A DNA stretch of 64,000 nucleotides. It comes from Bacteroidia bacterium (GTDB lineage: Bacteria; Bacteroidota; Bacteroidia; M30B66). Shown in pieces: positions 10,483 through 20,330 of the stretch (its first letter is position 1; the number at the start of each line of letters is the position of its first letter). The position numbers were made by a program, and so were the translations under genes. The DNA lies in the NCBI GenBank assembly GCA_965279035.1, contig OZ257142.1, positions 256,001-320,000 of the forward strand, in the 5' to 3' direction. The notes beneath the pieces are model-generated. The model saw nothing but the letters and a program-made list of their open reading frames with translations, ran no database searches and was not told the origin of the DNA.

Positions 10483-11189
10483 GTTTGCAAAAAAATTACG
10501 TTGTACTCGGTGGCACATCGGGCATAGGCGAAGCTTTGGTAAATCAACTGACTCAGCAAGGACATCGGATTTTTGTGTATGCGCGAAACATCAGAAATGT
10601 ACCGGTTTCTAATTCTGTCCACTTTAATGAAGTTGATGTGAGTCGGGATTTCATTTTAGATGGATTGCCGGATGTAATTCATGGATTAGCTTATTGTCCC
10701 GGATCGATAAACTTGCAACCTTTTCATCGCATTAAATCGGAGCAATTTCAGAGCGATTTTCAACTGAACGTATTGAGTGCTATTTCGGCAATTCAGCAAT
10801 GTTTGCCGGGTTTGAAAGCATCAGGAAATGCCTCGGTTGTTCTTTTTAGCACTGTGGCAGTTCAAACGGGAATGTCGTTTCATGCTTCGGTTGCTGTATC
10901 GAAAGGTGCTTTAGAAGGTTTGACGCGAGCCCTTGCTGCGGAATATGCTACATCACATATTCGTTTTAACTGCATCGCCCCATCATTAACAGAAACTCCA
11001 TTAGCAGAAAAACTCCTTAACACGCCCGAAAAGAAAGATGCTGGCGCAAAACGACATCCACTAGGTCGTATTGGGCACGCCGAAGATTCTGCTCGAGCAG
11101 CAAGTTTCATTTTGAACGAAAATGAAGGCTGGATTACAGGTCAAACGCTTGGTGTGGATGGTGGTATGGGTAGTTTACGTTTGATTTGA
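10479..11189 (+). CDS. SDR-family oxidoreductase
   Basis: GGTSGIG Rossmann motif, NCIAPSLTETP and ITGQTLGVDGG; the usual YxxxK appears as VAVSK. Confidence 0.9.
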   Translation: MSLQKNYVVLGGTSGIGEALVNQLTQQGHRIFVYARNIRNVPVSNSVHFNEVDVSRDFILDGLPDVIHGLAYCPGSINLQPFHRIKSEQFQSDFQLNVLSAISAIQQCLPGLKASGNASVVLFSTVAVQTGMSFHASVAVSKGALEGLTRALAAEYATSHIRFNCIAPSLTETPLAEKLLNTPEKKDAGAKRHPLGRIGHAEDSARAASFILNENEGWITGQTLGVDGGMGSLRLI

Positions 11190-11193
11190 AACC

Positions 11194-11829
11194 ATGAACT
11201 ATCAACTCGATGAACTCCTTTTGTTGCCCGATTTGTATCGTAAAAATCTGATCAATTCGGTGCATGGATTTAAGAGCGTGGCATTGATTGGAACAATCGA
11301 CATAGATGAGCAAACTAATCTGGCAATTTTTTCCCAACTGTTTCATATTGGCGCCAATCCACCATTAGTAGGCATGCTCGTTCGTCCCGATTCGGTTGGA
11401 CGACATACGCTACAAAACATTCGAGCTACTGGCTGGTTCACGATTAATCATATTCAAGAATCGATTATTCATGCTGCCCATCAAACTAGTGCGCGCTATT
11501 CTGATGATGTTTCGGAGTTTGATGAAGTTGGATTAACACCTGAATTTCTACCCAATATCCCAGCTCCGTTTGTTAAGGAGAGTCAGGTAAAATATGCTGT
11601 TCGGAAGCTTGACGAAACATACCTAATCAATGGAACTGTGCTCGTTACAGGAAAAATCGAATTGCTGCAAATTCCAGATTCTTGCATAGGTGCCGATGGA
11701 TTTATCGATCTTCATCAAGCTGGAACGATTACCTCTGCTGGATTGGATGCGTATTATTCAACACTCCCAATTACCCGACTCAGTTACGCCAAGCCGGGAA
11801 TTATTCCTCATGAAATTCCTAGACCATAG
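11194..11829 (+). CDS. Flavin reductase-like (split-barrel) protein
   Basis: NLAIFS...GANPP...RHTLQNI...FTINH...SEFD motifs. Confidence 0.85.
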   Translation: MNYQLDELLLLPDLYRKNLINSVHGFKSVALIGTIDIDEQTNLAIFSQLFHIGANPPLVGMLVRPDSVGRHTLQNIRATGWFTINHIQESIIHAAHQTSARYSDDVSEFDEVGLTPEFLPNIPAPFVKESQVKYAVRKLDETYLINGTVLVTGKIELLQIPDSCIGADGFIDLHQAGTITSAGLDAYYSTLPITRLSYAKPGIIPHEIPRP

Positions 11830-11834
11830 ACTTC

Positions 11835-13154
11835 ATGAAAAACAAGGTATTATTCTGGTTTAGACGTGATTTGCGTTTGCATGATAATGCAGGATTGTAT
11901 CATGCACTCCGCTCTGGGTTTGAGGTTCAAGCCATTTTCATTTTCGATAAAAACATTCTCGATCGTTTGGAAGATGAAGACGATGGTCGAGTATCATTTA
12001 TCCATCAAGAAATTACCCGACTAAGTGAAGAATTGAATGCCCTAGGTGCTTCGCTGAATGTGTATTATAACACGCCAGACGATGTTTTTCAACAAATGGT
12101 AAATGAGGGAAATGTGCTTGCGGTATACACCAATCACGATTATGAGCCATATGCAAAAGATCGGGATGAATCTATTCGTGCTTTACTAAATTCCCAAGGC
12201 ATTGACTTCCATACGTTCAAGGATCAGGTGATTTTCGAAAAGTCAGAAGTACTTAAAGATAACGGAACGCCTTATACGGTGTTTACGCCTTATTCCAAGA
12301 AATGGAAGGAAAAACTATCGGCTTTTTACTTGAAATCGTATCCAACCGAAAAGTATTTCGATCATTTCTTCAAAGCCCAACAAATGCCGATTCCTACTTT
12401 GGAAGAAATGGGCTTTCGACTTTCTTCCATTGTTGCTTTTCCACGTTCCATTCAAACCGAAATTATTCGTCGATACGGCACTCAGCGCGATTTACCCGCT
12501 CGCTTGGGGACTTCTCGTTTAAGCGTGCACTTGCGTTTTGGAACAGTGTCCATTCGTCAATTAGCAACACTTGCAAAAGATTTGAGTGATGTCTGGCTTA
12601 ACGAGCTTATTTGGCGCGATTACTACCACATGATTTTGTGGCATTTTCCTCATGCAGCTGTTTCTGCATTCAAGCCAGCTTATAATTATATTGAATGGAG
12701 AAATAATCCCGAAGAATTCCTCTTGTGGTGTGAAGGAAAAACCGGATATCCTATTGTGGATGCAGGAATGCGAGAATTAAATGCTACTGGTTTTATGCAT
12801 AATCGCGTGCGAATGATTGTGGCTAGTTTTCTCACCAAACATTTACTCATCGATTGGCGTTGGGGAGAAGCTTGGTTTGCGCGAAAACTGATGGATTTCG
12901 ATTTAGCGGCGAACAATGGTGGCTGGCAGTGGGCGGCAGGTTCGGGTTGCGATGCGGCTCCATATTTCCGGGTGTTCAATCCAACTTTACAAACCGAACG
13001 CTTCGATCCACAAGCAGAATACATACGTCGTTGGGTACCCGAATTCAACGATCCGTTTCACTATCCACGACCTATGGTTGATCATAAAATGGCCAGAGAA
13101 CGGGCATTATCAACATACAAAGCTGGATTGCAGGTGTCGGGTGTGAAAGAGTGA
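11835..13154 (+). CDS. phrB: Deoxyribodipyrimidine photolyase (CPD photolyase)
   Basis: WFRRDLRLHDN, TSRLSVHLRFG, ELIWRDYY, GFMHNRVRM and NNGGWQW motifs. Confidence 0.95.
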   Translation: MKNKVLFWFRRDLRLHDNAGLYHALRSGFEVQAIFIFDKNILDRLEDEDDGRVSFIHQEITRLSEELNALGASLNVYYNTPDDVFQQMVNEGNVLAVYTNHDYEPYAKDRDESIRALLNSQGIDFHTFKDQVIFEKSEVLKDNGTPYTVFTPYSKKWKEKLSAFYLKSYPTEKYFDHFFKAQQMPIPTLEEMGFRLSSIVAFPRSIQTEIIRRYGTQRDLPARLGTSRLSVHLRFGTVSIRQLATLAKDLSDVWLNELIWRDYYHMILWHFPHAAVSAFKPAYNYIEWRNNPEEFLLWCEGKTGYPIVDAGMRELNATGFMHNRVRMIVASFLTKHLLIDWRWGEAWFARKLMDFDLAANNGGWQWAAGSGCDAAPYFRVFNPTLQTERFDPQAEYIRRWVPEFNDPFHYPRPMVDHKMARERALSTYKAGLQVSGVKE

Positions 13155-13221
13155 AATTCAACTGAATTCAAGGTTCTAGAATCAAGAATAGGTTGTATTA
13201 TTCAATTCAATTTCAATCCAA

Positions 13222-13590
13222 GTGAAAAATCTTAAACCCGCATTAACCAAGCTCTTCGGAATTTTTATGATTTTAGGTGGAATCATGCATTTCGTCAATC
13301 CTTCTTTTTACGATGGATTCATACCCGATACACTACCGAAATTAGCGATCAATATTGCCGGAGGAATAATCGAACTTAGTCTTGGAATTGGATTATTCTT
13401 TGCCCAATACAAGCAAAAAGCAGCTGTCGGAATTTTAGTCTTAATGCTACTTTTTCTTCCCCTTCATATTTGGGATGTATTTCGCGAAACGCCCGCCATT
13501 GGCTCACATACTGCTGCATTGATACGATTGCCGCTACAATTTGTGCTCATTGCTTGGGCTTGGTTTATTAGTAGAAATGATTTGCGCTAG
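13222..13590 (+). CDS. DoxX-like small membrane protein
   Basis: Four TM helices; GIMHF...GIIE...RLPLQ pattern. Confidence 0.7.
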   Translation: MKNLKPALTKLFGIFMILGGIMHFVNPSFYDGFIPDTLPKLAINIAGGIIELSLGIGLFFAQYKQKAAVGILVLMLLFLPLHIWDVFRETPAIGSHTAALIRLPLQFVLIAWAWFISRNDLR

Positions 13591-13633
13591 CATTTGCTAA
13601 CAGAACGTTGAATTGGTATCTTGAATTGGCTTA

Positions 13634-13701
13634 GGGGGCGAGCCAAATACCGTGTATGGGCGAGCACCCGACCTTGACGTGGAACGGAAAGGTAAGCCCC
13701 C
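13634..13701. other. GC-rich structured intergenic element between convergent genes
   Basis: GGGGGC(13634-39)/GCCCCC(13696-701) closing stem with internal hairpins; GGGCGAGC occurs twice. Confidence 0.45.
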
Positions 13702-13722
13702 AAATAAAATTTCTAGAAGCAG

Positions 13723-14280
13723 TTAATTTAAGCGGATTATTGTCCAGTAAAGTGCCATGCAAGCGGCTAAAAATGAAAATGGCAGAACAATACGTGAGCG
13801 ATACCAAGGCCTGTGTTGAAACCAATAAGCTAGACTTACGAATGCGAGTAAAATGACGCAAAGTTGTCCGATTTCGACGCCTACATTAAAAGACAGCAGG
13901 GCGGTTAGGAGTTCGGATTTGGCTAATTGTGTCTCGGCAAAGGCGGCAGCGAAGCCCATTCCGTGAATGAGTCCAAAAAGGAAGATGAGTAACACTCTGC
14001 CGCGACGGAGTTTGGTTTGAAGAATATTATCGAGCGCTGCTAATAAAATAGAAAGAGAAATGAGCGGTTCGATGATGAGTGGGTTTGACTCGAAAACACC
14101 CAATGCAGCTAGCAATAAACTGATACTATGTGCTAGCGTAAAAACGGTACATTGTATTACTAGTGATTTGAAAGATTGGGCATAAAAGAATAAGCAGAGA
14201 ATAAATAAAATATGATCGTAACCCCAAGGAATAACATGCTCAAATCCCGATTCTAGGTAATGAACAATAAGGGTCCACAT
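13723..14280 (-). CDS. HupE/UreJ-family membrane protein
   Basis: GFEHV..GYDHILF, FTLAHSISL, FGLIHGMGFA and FNVGVEIGQ motifs. Confidence 0.9.
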   Translation of the reverse strand: MWTLIVHYLESGFEHVIPWGYDHILFILCLFFYAQSFKSLVIQCTVFTLAHSISLLLAALGVFESNPLIIEPLISLSILLAALDNILQTKLRRGRVLLIFLFGLIHGMGFAAAFAETQLAKSELLTALLSFNVGVEIGQLCVILLAFVSLAYWFQHRPWYRSRIVLPFSFLAACMALYWTIIRLN

Positions 14281-14281
14281 T

Positions 14282-15472
14282 TTAATTGAGTTTAATTAAT
14301 CGTGTTTTAGTTAGCTGAATAGCAGGACAATCAACTAAATAAAGGCCAGCAGGAAGAGTTGAAAAATCGATTTGATTGATGTGAAATCCATCGTAAATAA
14401 GGTTTCCGATTGATGAGTAAAGAATACATCGTTCGCCTATTAACTTTTGGTCGATTTGAATAAATGCTTGAAATGGATTTGGGAAGAACGGAGTTGAGAG
14501 CGTGTTATGTGCATGTGAAAAACCGAGTGAATTTTCTCCTGTTCCTCGCACTAGCAAAACATCTAAACGTGCAGTTTTGTCCTTGTATGTAGTAATTCCG
14601 AAATGTGTGTCGAGAAACCATGCACGTCCTGTTTGATTGGGTAATGTGGTAGAAGACCAATATTTAGTGATGGGAGCATTAGTGAAAAAATTGGGGTCAA
14701 TGGATGGATTTATCCAACTTTCTAGATTAATAGATTGTAGCTCTTTGATATTGGGTAATCGCCAGTCGTCCTTTCCGTGTCGCGTGCAGGTATCAGCATA
14801 GATCAAGGCATTTTCCCAAGTAAGAGAATCGCCAAATGCTAGAGGAGTCCAATAAAAGCCGCTCAATTGATCCAAAATGCTCGCATTGGCTTCTACCACA
14901 AATTGATTTTGGACCATTTCAGGAGCAGAATTGCTACGCACGGAACGTACATGAAAACGCTTGTTTCCACCTGCACTAATGGTTTCAGATTTAGGATGAT
15001 TGCCAATCCCTCCACCGGCATTGGTTACCCATATTTTAGTTGAATCGTTTACTTGTCGATCGGCTGTCCACCAATATTCTGCAGCACTCGTTGTAAACGC
15101 ATTGATGTCGATAGCAGGATTGTTATTTTGTTGATCAAGTATGCTAAATGCCTCGTGTGCATTGGGTAAACGCCAATCGGTAAATCCGCCTAAGGTTAAA
15201 GTATCGCAATAAAGAATGGCCGATTCGTAGGTCATTTCACCAGCATCGGCTCGTGCCCAGATTAGTCCGGTAACCTCATCTGTGACTGTCCCATTGGAAT
15301 TGACTGTATAACTGAGTGAATTAAAATTATAGTCGCTGTCTTCTCCAAATGTGTTGGTATAGCTGGTATTTTGACCTGTATCAGGAATTCGGCTCATGGT
15401 TTTTTGTACCATTTGAGACCACAAAAAAACAGGTTGAATAATAAGGAACAGAATAATTAATTGCTTCTTCAT
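14282..15472 (-). CDS. Tandem DUF1566 (Lcl-like) domain protein with probable T9SS CTD
   Basis: PDTGQ, NGTVTD..TGLIW, and two DWRLPN..E motifs; C-terminal FPNP...GLY...IK. Confidence 0.85.
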   Translation of the reverse strand: MKKQLIILFLIIQPVFLWSQMVQKTMSRIPDTGQNTSYTNTFGEDSDYNFNSLSYTVNSNGTVTDEVTGLIWARADAGEMTYESAILYCDTLTLGGFTDWRLPNAHEAFSILDQQNNNPAIDINAFTTSAAEYWWTADRQVNDSTKIWVTNAGGGIGNHPKSETISAGGNKRFHVRSVRSNSAPEMVQNQFVVEANASILDQLSGFYWTPLAFGDSLTWENALIYADTCTRHGKDDWRLPNIKELQSINLESWINPSIDPNFFTNAPITKYWSSTTLPNQTGRAWFLDTHFGITTYKDKTARLDVLLVRGTGENSLGFSHAHNTLSTPFFPNPFQAFIQIDQKLIGERCILYSSIGNLIYDGFHINQIDFSTLPAGLYLVDCPAIQLTKTRLIKLN

Positions 15473-15477
15473 TTATC

Positions 15478-17100
15478 CTAGTTCAAAGCAAGTTTTTTCA
15501 CCAGTGTTTCTTTGCCAACCTGCATGTGTAACACATACACACCTGAAGCAATGCCTGCTAAAGGAATTTCCTGAACATAGGATTTAGACTGATATACTAG
15601 TCCTCCACGAATATCATATATAGCAATGTTTTGAATGGATTTTAACACATCCGAATTGGAACAATTCAGTTGAATTGAATGATTATTCTGATTGGCAAAA
15701 ACCTGTAGTGATTTTTCAATTAACTCAGTTGAAATACTTAGGGGAGTTGTAGGAACAACACATTGAACAAATCCATTGTAAGTGGATGTTGTGTGTCCTG
15801 TTGCCGTATAAAAATCGAATGTATAATGACCTGCTGCATCCCAATTGTAAACGACCGAGTCGGTCGCTCCGTTGAGTGTGTAGGTGATGGTGTATCCTGT
15901 GCCTGAAGCATGTGGAGAGCAGTCGGTTATGAGTGCTCCGTTAAGTGGTGTTAAACCCGGACGAACAGGATGCGCTGCTGCTTGAGGAATTAATTGATGT
16001 GTCGCATCTTCGACTACATTACCAACCATATTAGCAATCATATATGGCGCTGTGGTAGTTCCATGATAATGGTAAATGCCATCGGTTCCGAAATGTCCAT
16101 GATTCACATCTAAAGTACTCATGGCTGATCCATCGGGCTCTATGCTTCCATAAACGGCGAACCCATCTAAGCCAAATGCAATGGGTAATGTAGCCTGTGT
16201 ATGCGCATATAAGTGCAATGGAGGTGTGTGGTAATGATAATCATCACCTCTTCCGCAGTGACCGCCGTAATTATCAAGTTGCCCATCGAGGTAAGAATCA
16301 ACTCCCGTGTTGGTGTGCACGTTGAAAATAGGAACTCCATTTACAGCAATGGCAATGGCGCCTCGTGTAAAGTGAATGGAATCAACCGGAATCGGATTCG
16401 TAGCTAAGCTGGTATTAAGTGGAATAGGCCAAGCGTTCGTTCCCAAATAACATTGTGGAATAGGAACTTGTTGCTGCCAACCATGATTTGAGATTCCTAC
16501 CATCATGGGATGCGTTTGAGGAATTCCTTGCGATTCGACGTAAAAATAATCTGCATCTGAGAAGGTATGTACCGCAGGAATAAATGGGTTAAATGCCGAA
16601 TTCAAAAAGGCGATATCGGTGGTGTTTTGATTACGCAAAATGGTTTTTTGAGCGAATCCGAAAACAAGAAACAACATTCCCAAGCCAGCCAATGGATAAA
16701 TAAATCGACGTTTTTGTTTGTCTTTTACTCGCCAAATTAAACTTCCAAATAGAAGTAAAAGGAATACTATGATTGCACCTTGAAATAGTTGAATTCCTAT
16801 GGTTCGAACTGGTTCTTCCTTCTTGATTATTGATTGATTAAGCGATGCGATATGCTGCTGTTTGCGTTCAACAAATGCTTGATCTTCTTGCGAGAGGGAG
16901 TGAAGCGGGATTTTAACGACTTGATGGTTCATCGTTTCTAACTCAACCAATCCGTCTTTGGCACACAAAAATGATCCCTCTATGGCTTTGTTGAATTGAC
17001 TTGAATTCCATTGACGAACCGATAGTATGGGACTGTTTATGTCGTGTGCATTCAACACAAGTCCAGTAAAAAGGCAAAGTGCCAGCAGGAAATTTTTCAT
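15478..17100 (-). CDS. YHYH-domain protein with N-terminal SHD1-like domain, two hydrophobic helices and a T9SS-like CTD
   Basis: Likely ATG 17100; 'IPLHSLSQEDQAFV' (SHD1-like), GAIAIAVNGVPIF, DYHYH, GLDGFAVYG and YHYHG; CTD 'IYDIRG...SGVYVL...KKL'. Confidence 0.85.
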   Translation of the reverse strand: MKNFLLALCLFTGLVLNAHDINSPILSVRQWNSSQFNKAIEGSFLCAKDGLVELETMNHQVVKIPLHSLSQEDQAFVERKQQHIASLNQSIIKKEEPVRTIGIQLFQGAIIVFLLLLFGSLIWRVKDKQKRRFIYPLAGLGMLFLVFGFAQKTILRNQNTTDIAFLNSAFNPFIPAVHTFSDADYFYVESQGIPQTHPMMVGISNHGWQQQVPIPQCYLGTNAWPIPLNTSLATNPIPVDSIHFTRGAIAIAVNGVPIFNVHTNTGVDSYLDGQLDNYGGHCGRGDDYHYHTPPLHLYAHTQATLPIAFGLDGFAVYGSIEPDGSAMSTLDVNHGHFGTDGIYHYHGTTTAPYMIANMVGNVVEDATHQLIPQAAAHPVRPGLTPLNGALITDCSPHASGTGYTITYTLNGATDSVVYNWDAAGHYTFDFYTATGHTTSTYNGFVQCVVPTTPLSISTELIEKSLQVFANQNNHSIQLNCSNSDVLKSIQNIAIYDIRGGLVYQSKSYVQEIPLAGIASGVYVLHMQVGKETLVKKLALN

Positions 17101-17213
17101 AAGAAGAAAGATGCTACAAGCTATGCATTTCGTCCAACTGGATGAATACATGCTAAATTGTTTTTCCCTGATACCAATAATCATGAATGGTTTAAGCGGG
17201 AAGGAAAACAGTT

Positions 17214-18044
17214 TCACAGCGGCAAATACTCAAACTTCCGAATCACAATCTCGTGGTTAAGGCCGTTGCTTGGACCATTGGCGATGTAGGTTTGTGTCCA
17301 GAAATTGATGCGGGCGTTGGTGGTTGGACCGGGTGCAGGAATGACAATCGGTAAAGATTGATTGCCGTTTTCTTCCTTGATACGTGGCGGATGATCTAAA
17401 TCGAATTGCCAGCTAGCAATCGGTTCAGCATTGCGGAAATCATCTCCTTTGAAACTCTTCCAGGTGATGAGCGTGTCGGTCCAGGTGAAGATGTGGGTAC
17501 TTACTCCATTTAACAGCTCTGGGTCAATCATGTGTTGATGCGATCGTTCGCCGAAATAGGTGCTGAAAAATACCGGCTGAACTGAAGTCGTCAAAGGATG
17601 TGTATCGTCTTCTACGCCCCATTTCGAAAACTCAATATCGACTTCGCTGTTCCCTTGATCGTGAAAGGTTGAATTGTCCCAAGTAAACAAGCCTAAAACC
17701 ACATTTTTAGCAAACGTAAGCGGGTTTCCTTGGATGGTGAAAGCATAAGTGCCATAACCCATATTGTCTTGCGAAATGACTTCGGACGAATACCAATTTC
17801 CATCTTCGTGTTTGGTAATGGCCATGTGCAGATAGCCTTTTTCATCCACCCATACATTTTCGTATGCTTTGGAAAAACTGTTCGGACCGGGACCGTTGTA
17901 GCCCGATTTGATATCCCATTTACGCCCCGAAAAAGTGACTTCGGTAGCAGTTCGCGCTAAAGCTTCTTCGGGATCCGATTGTTTGCAACTGGATAAAACA
18001 CTCAGAGCAAACAGGAAAGTCAGTATGGATACACGTTTCATCAT
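17214..18044 (-). CDS. GH16-family glycoside hydrolase lipoprotein (probable beta-1,3-glucanase)
   Basis: Lipobox LSSC; NVWVD..G.LH, GYGTY.F and catalytic E-V-D-I-E motif. Confidence 0.8.
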   Translation of the reverse strand: MMKRVSILTFLFALSVLSSCKQSDPEEALARTATEVTFSGRKWDIKSGYNGPGPNSFSKAYENVWVDEKGYLHMAITKHEDGNWYSSEVISQDNMGYGTYAFTIQGNPLTFAKNVVLGLFTWDNSTFHDQGNSEVDIEFSKWGVEDDTHPLTTSVQPVFFSTYFGERSHQHMIDPELLNGVSTHIFTWTDTLITWKSFKGDDFRNAEPIASWQFDLDHPPRIKEENGNQSLPIVIPAPGPTTNARINFWTQTYIANGPSNGLNHEIVIRKFEYLPL

Positions 18045-20329
18045 TTTGTTGCGTACTTAAATGTGGCTTGAAGTGTACCAATGATCACATCGAAATCGCC
18101 TTCCTCGGTAATCGGTTTCAAGTCGCGACCGATAAAACTTAGTTGCGATTCGTCTAACGTGAAACTGATGGTTTGAGAACTTTTGGGTGCAAGACTAATC
18201 TTTGTGAAATCTTTTAATTGTCGGACCGCCGGTGTTACCGATGCATATTGATCGCGGGTAAAAAGCAAAACCGGTTCTTTCACTTCTCGATCGCTGGCAT
18301 TCGTTACTTGAAGACTAACTGTGAGTTTTTCACCTGGATGAAGCGTGTTGGTTGAAAGCTTTAAATCGGAATAGCTTACTTGCGAATACGACAATCCATA
18401 TCCAAAAGGCCATTGGGGTTGAAAGGCTTTATTGCCATAATTCGCATCGAAGGTTTCGGTGTATTTATGGTCGTACCAGATGAGGCTGTGATTGAATTTT
18501 GGATACGTGAATGGTAAACGACCGCTTGGATTTATTTTACCCACCAAAATATCAGCAAGCGCATCTGCACCATAATCGCCCGGTTGATAAGCCATGACAA
18601 CGGCTGCACATCCTTCTACCAATTCCCGAACAATGCGCGGACGATTCTCTACCAAAACTAAGATTACTGGTTTTCCGGTTTGGAGGAGCGCTTTAACAAA
18701 CTGTTGTTGTGTGGCTGAAAGTTCCAAATCGTTGATGTCGCCGGGTTTTTCGGTAGATGGAATTTCACCCATGCAAGCCACAATGACATCGCAGGATTTA
18801 CTTTGCTCCAATACCGCTTGTAAGTTGATAAAACTATCAACAGAACAGCCTGCTGCATAACTTACATTTCCCGGAGCTGCAATTCGCAATGCTTCTACAA
18901 TCGTGTTTTTAGAACGATCATCAAATGTAGAATCGACTCCTTGCCATGTGCGCGTCCAAGCTCCATTGAGTAAGGTCATGGAATGCGCCGCTGGACCAGT
19001 AACCAGTATGCGTTTGGTTGGGTCGAGCGGTAGTGTTTGGTTACGATTTTCGAGCAGTGTGATCGATTCTGCTGCGATGTTTTTAGCTAAGATTTGATTC
19101 TGTGCTGAAGCGAAAAATGGAAAATCTTTGATCTTAGGCAGATTGGATTTACGCAAAATTCCCAACTTCTTCTTGATCGTTAGAATACGCTCAACCGATA
19201 CATTCAAGCGTGATTCGGGTATGCGGCCTTCTTTGACTAATTCGATTAGGTACTTGGAGAAATTAAAGTCGTTGGGCACCATACACATGTCGATACCAGC
19301 ATCAACCGCTAAATATGTAGCCTCTTTTAAGTTGGGAGCCACGCGGTGATTGAGTTGTAGCTTGATAATGTCTTCCCAATCGGTTACAGCAAGACCTTCA
19401 AAGCCTAATTCGTTGCGAAGCAAATTAGTTAGAATGAGTTTATTGGCATGAACCGGAATTCCGTTAATCTCGCCACTATTAATCATCAATGTAAGCGCAC
19501 CACTTTCGATGGCTTTTTTGAACGATGGCAGATAAATTTCGCGAAGCTGGATGTCGGAGATATAGGCTGGCGTGCGGTCTTTACCAGTTCGCATTCCTCC
19601 GTAACCCAGAAAATGCTTCATACACGCAGCCACGTGTGTTTGGTCAATGGGCAGATTGCTTTTCGTTCCTTGATAACCAACAATTGCCGCTTCACCAAAA
19701 CGAGAACACATCAAGGCATCTTCGCCATAGGTTTCGAAAAAGCGCGACCAGAGTGGATTTCGGGCACAATCGAGTACGGGAGAAAAGTTCCATGGAATTC
19801 CTGCAGCGCGTGTTTCGTATGCTGTGATTTCGGCTGCGCGACGAGTCATTTCTGGATTGAACGTAGCTGCCTGCGCCAATTGCTGTGGAAATAAAGTTGA
19901 ATTACTCACATAGTTTGCCCCGTGAATCGCATCAATTCCATATAAAACGGGAATTTTCAAACGTGTTTCTTTTTCGGCAACCTGCTGAATTCCTCCTATG
20001 AGTTGCAACCATTGTTCGCGCGGATACGCATGTCCGCCACAGTTGAGAATGGAACCCACATGCCAGTTTACCAAAGCATTACGAAGTTTCTCCGGATCGA
20101 GACGATGTGGCTCTTGCAATTTGTAAATCTCTCCCACGCACACCACATCCAAGTTAAGCTGCGTCATCTGACCTACTTTTTCCTCGATGGTCATTTGAGC
20201 AATCAGGGCATCAATTTCGGGATCGCTTCCTTGCGGATAATTGGGTCGAAAGGACGAACTCAACGTCAATCCAATCAACATCAAACTCAAATAGAAAAGC
20301 GGTCGGATAAACAAACGTTTCATCATCAA
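18041..20329 (-). CDS. GH3 beta-glucosidase
   Basis: EEKVGQM, DAIHG, ETYGED, CMKHF, VTDW (nucleophile), NPSGRLPFTYP and Fn3-like C-terminus. Confidence 0.95.
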   Translation of the reverse strand: MMMKRLFIRPLFYLSLMLIGLTLSSSFRPNYPQGSDPEIDALIAQMTIEEKVGQMTQLNLDVVCVGEIYKLQEPHRLDPEKLRNALVNWHVGSILNCGGHAYPREQWLQLIGGIQQVAEKETRLKIPVLYGIDAIHGANYVSNSTLFPQQLAQAATFNPEMTRRAAEITAYETRAAGIPWNFSPVLDCARNPLWSRFFETYGEDALMCSRFGEAAIVGYQGTKSNLPIDQTHVAACMKHFLGYGGMRTGKDRTPAYISDIQLREIYLPSFKKAIESGALTLMINSGEINGIPVHANKLILTNLLRNELGFEGLAVTDWEDIIKLQLNHRVAPNLKEATYLAVDAGIDMCMVPNDFNFSKYLIELVKEGRIPESRLNVSVERILTIKKKLGILRKSNLPKIKDFPFFASAQNQILAKNIAAESITLLENRNQTLPLDPTKRILVTGPAAHSMTLLNGAWTRTWQGVDSTFDDRSKNTIVEALRIAAPGNVSYAAGCSVDSFINLQAVLEQSKSCDVIVACMGEIPSTEKPGDINDLELSATQQQFVKALLQTGKPVILVLVENRPRIVRELVEGCAAVVMAYQPGDYGADALADILVGKINPSGRLPFTYPKFNHSLIWYDHKYTETFDANYGNKAFQPQWPFGYGLSYSQVSYSDLKLSTNTLHPGEKLTVSLQVTNASDREVKEPVLLFTRDQYASVTPAVRQLKDFTKISLAPKSSQTISFTLDESQLSFIGRDLKPITEEGDFDVIIGTLQATFKYATK

Positions 20330-20330
20330 A

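Noticed and set aside
17101-17217. Longer N-terminal extensions in the ORF track (also at 2276, 7211, 7734, 9381, 31509, 53614 and 58970)
   Set aside because: Downstream ATGs give proper signal peptides or family-typical starts.
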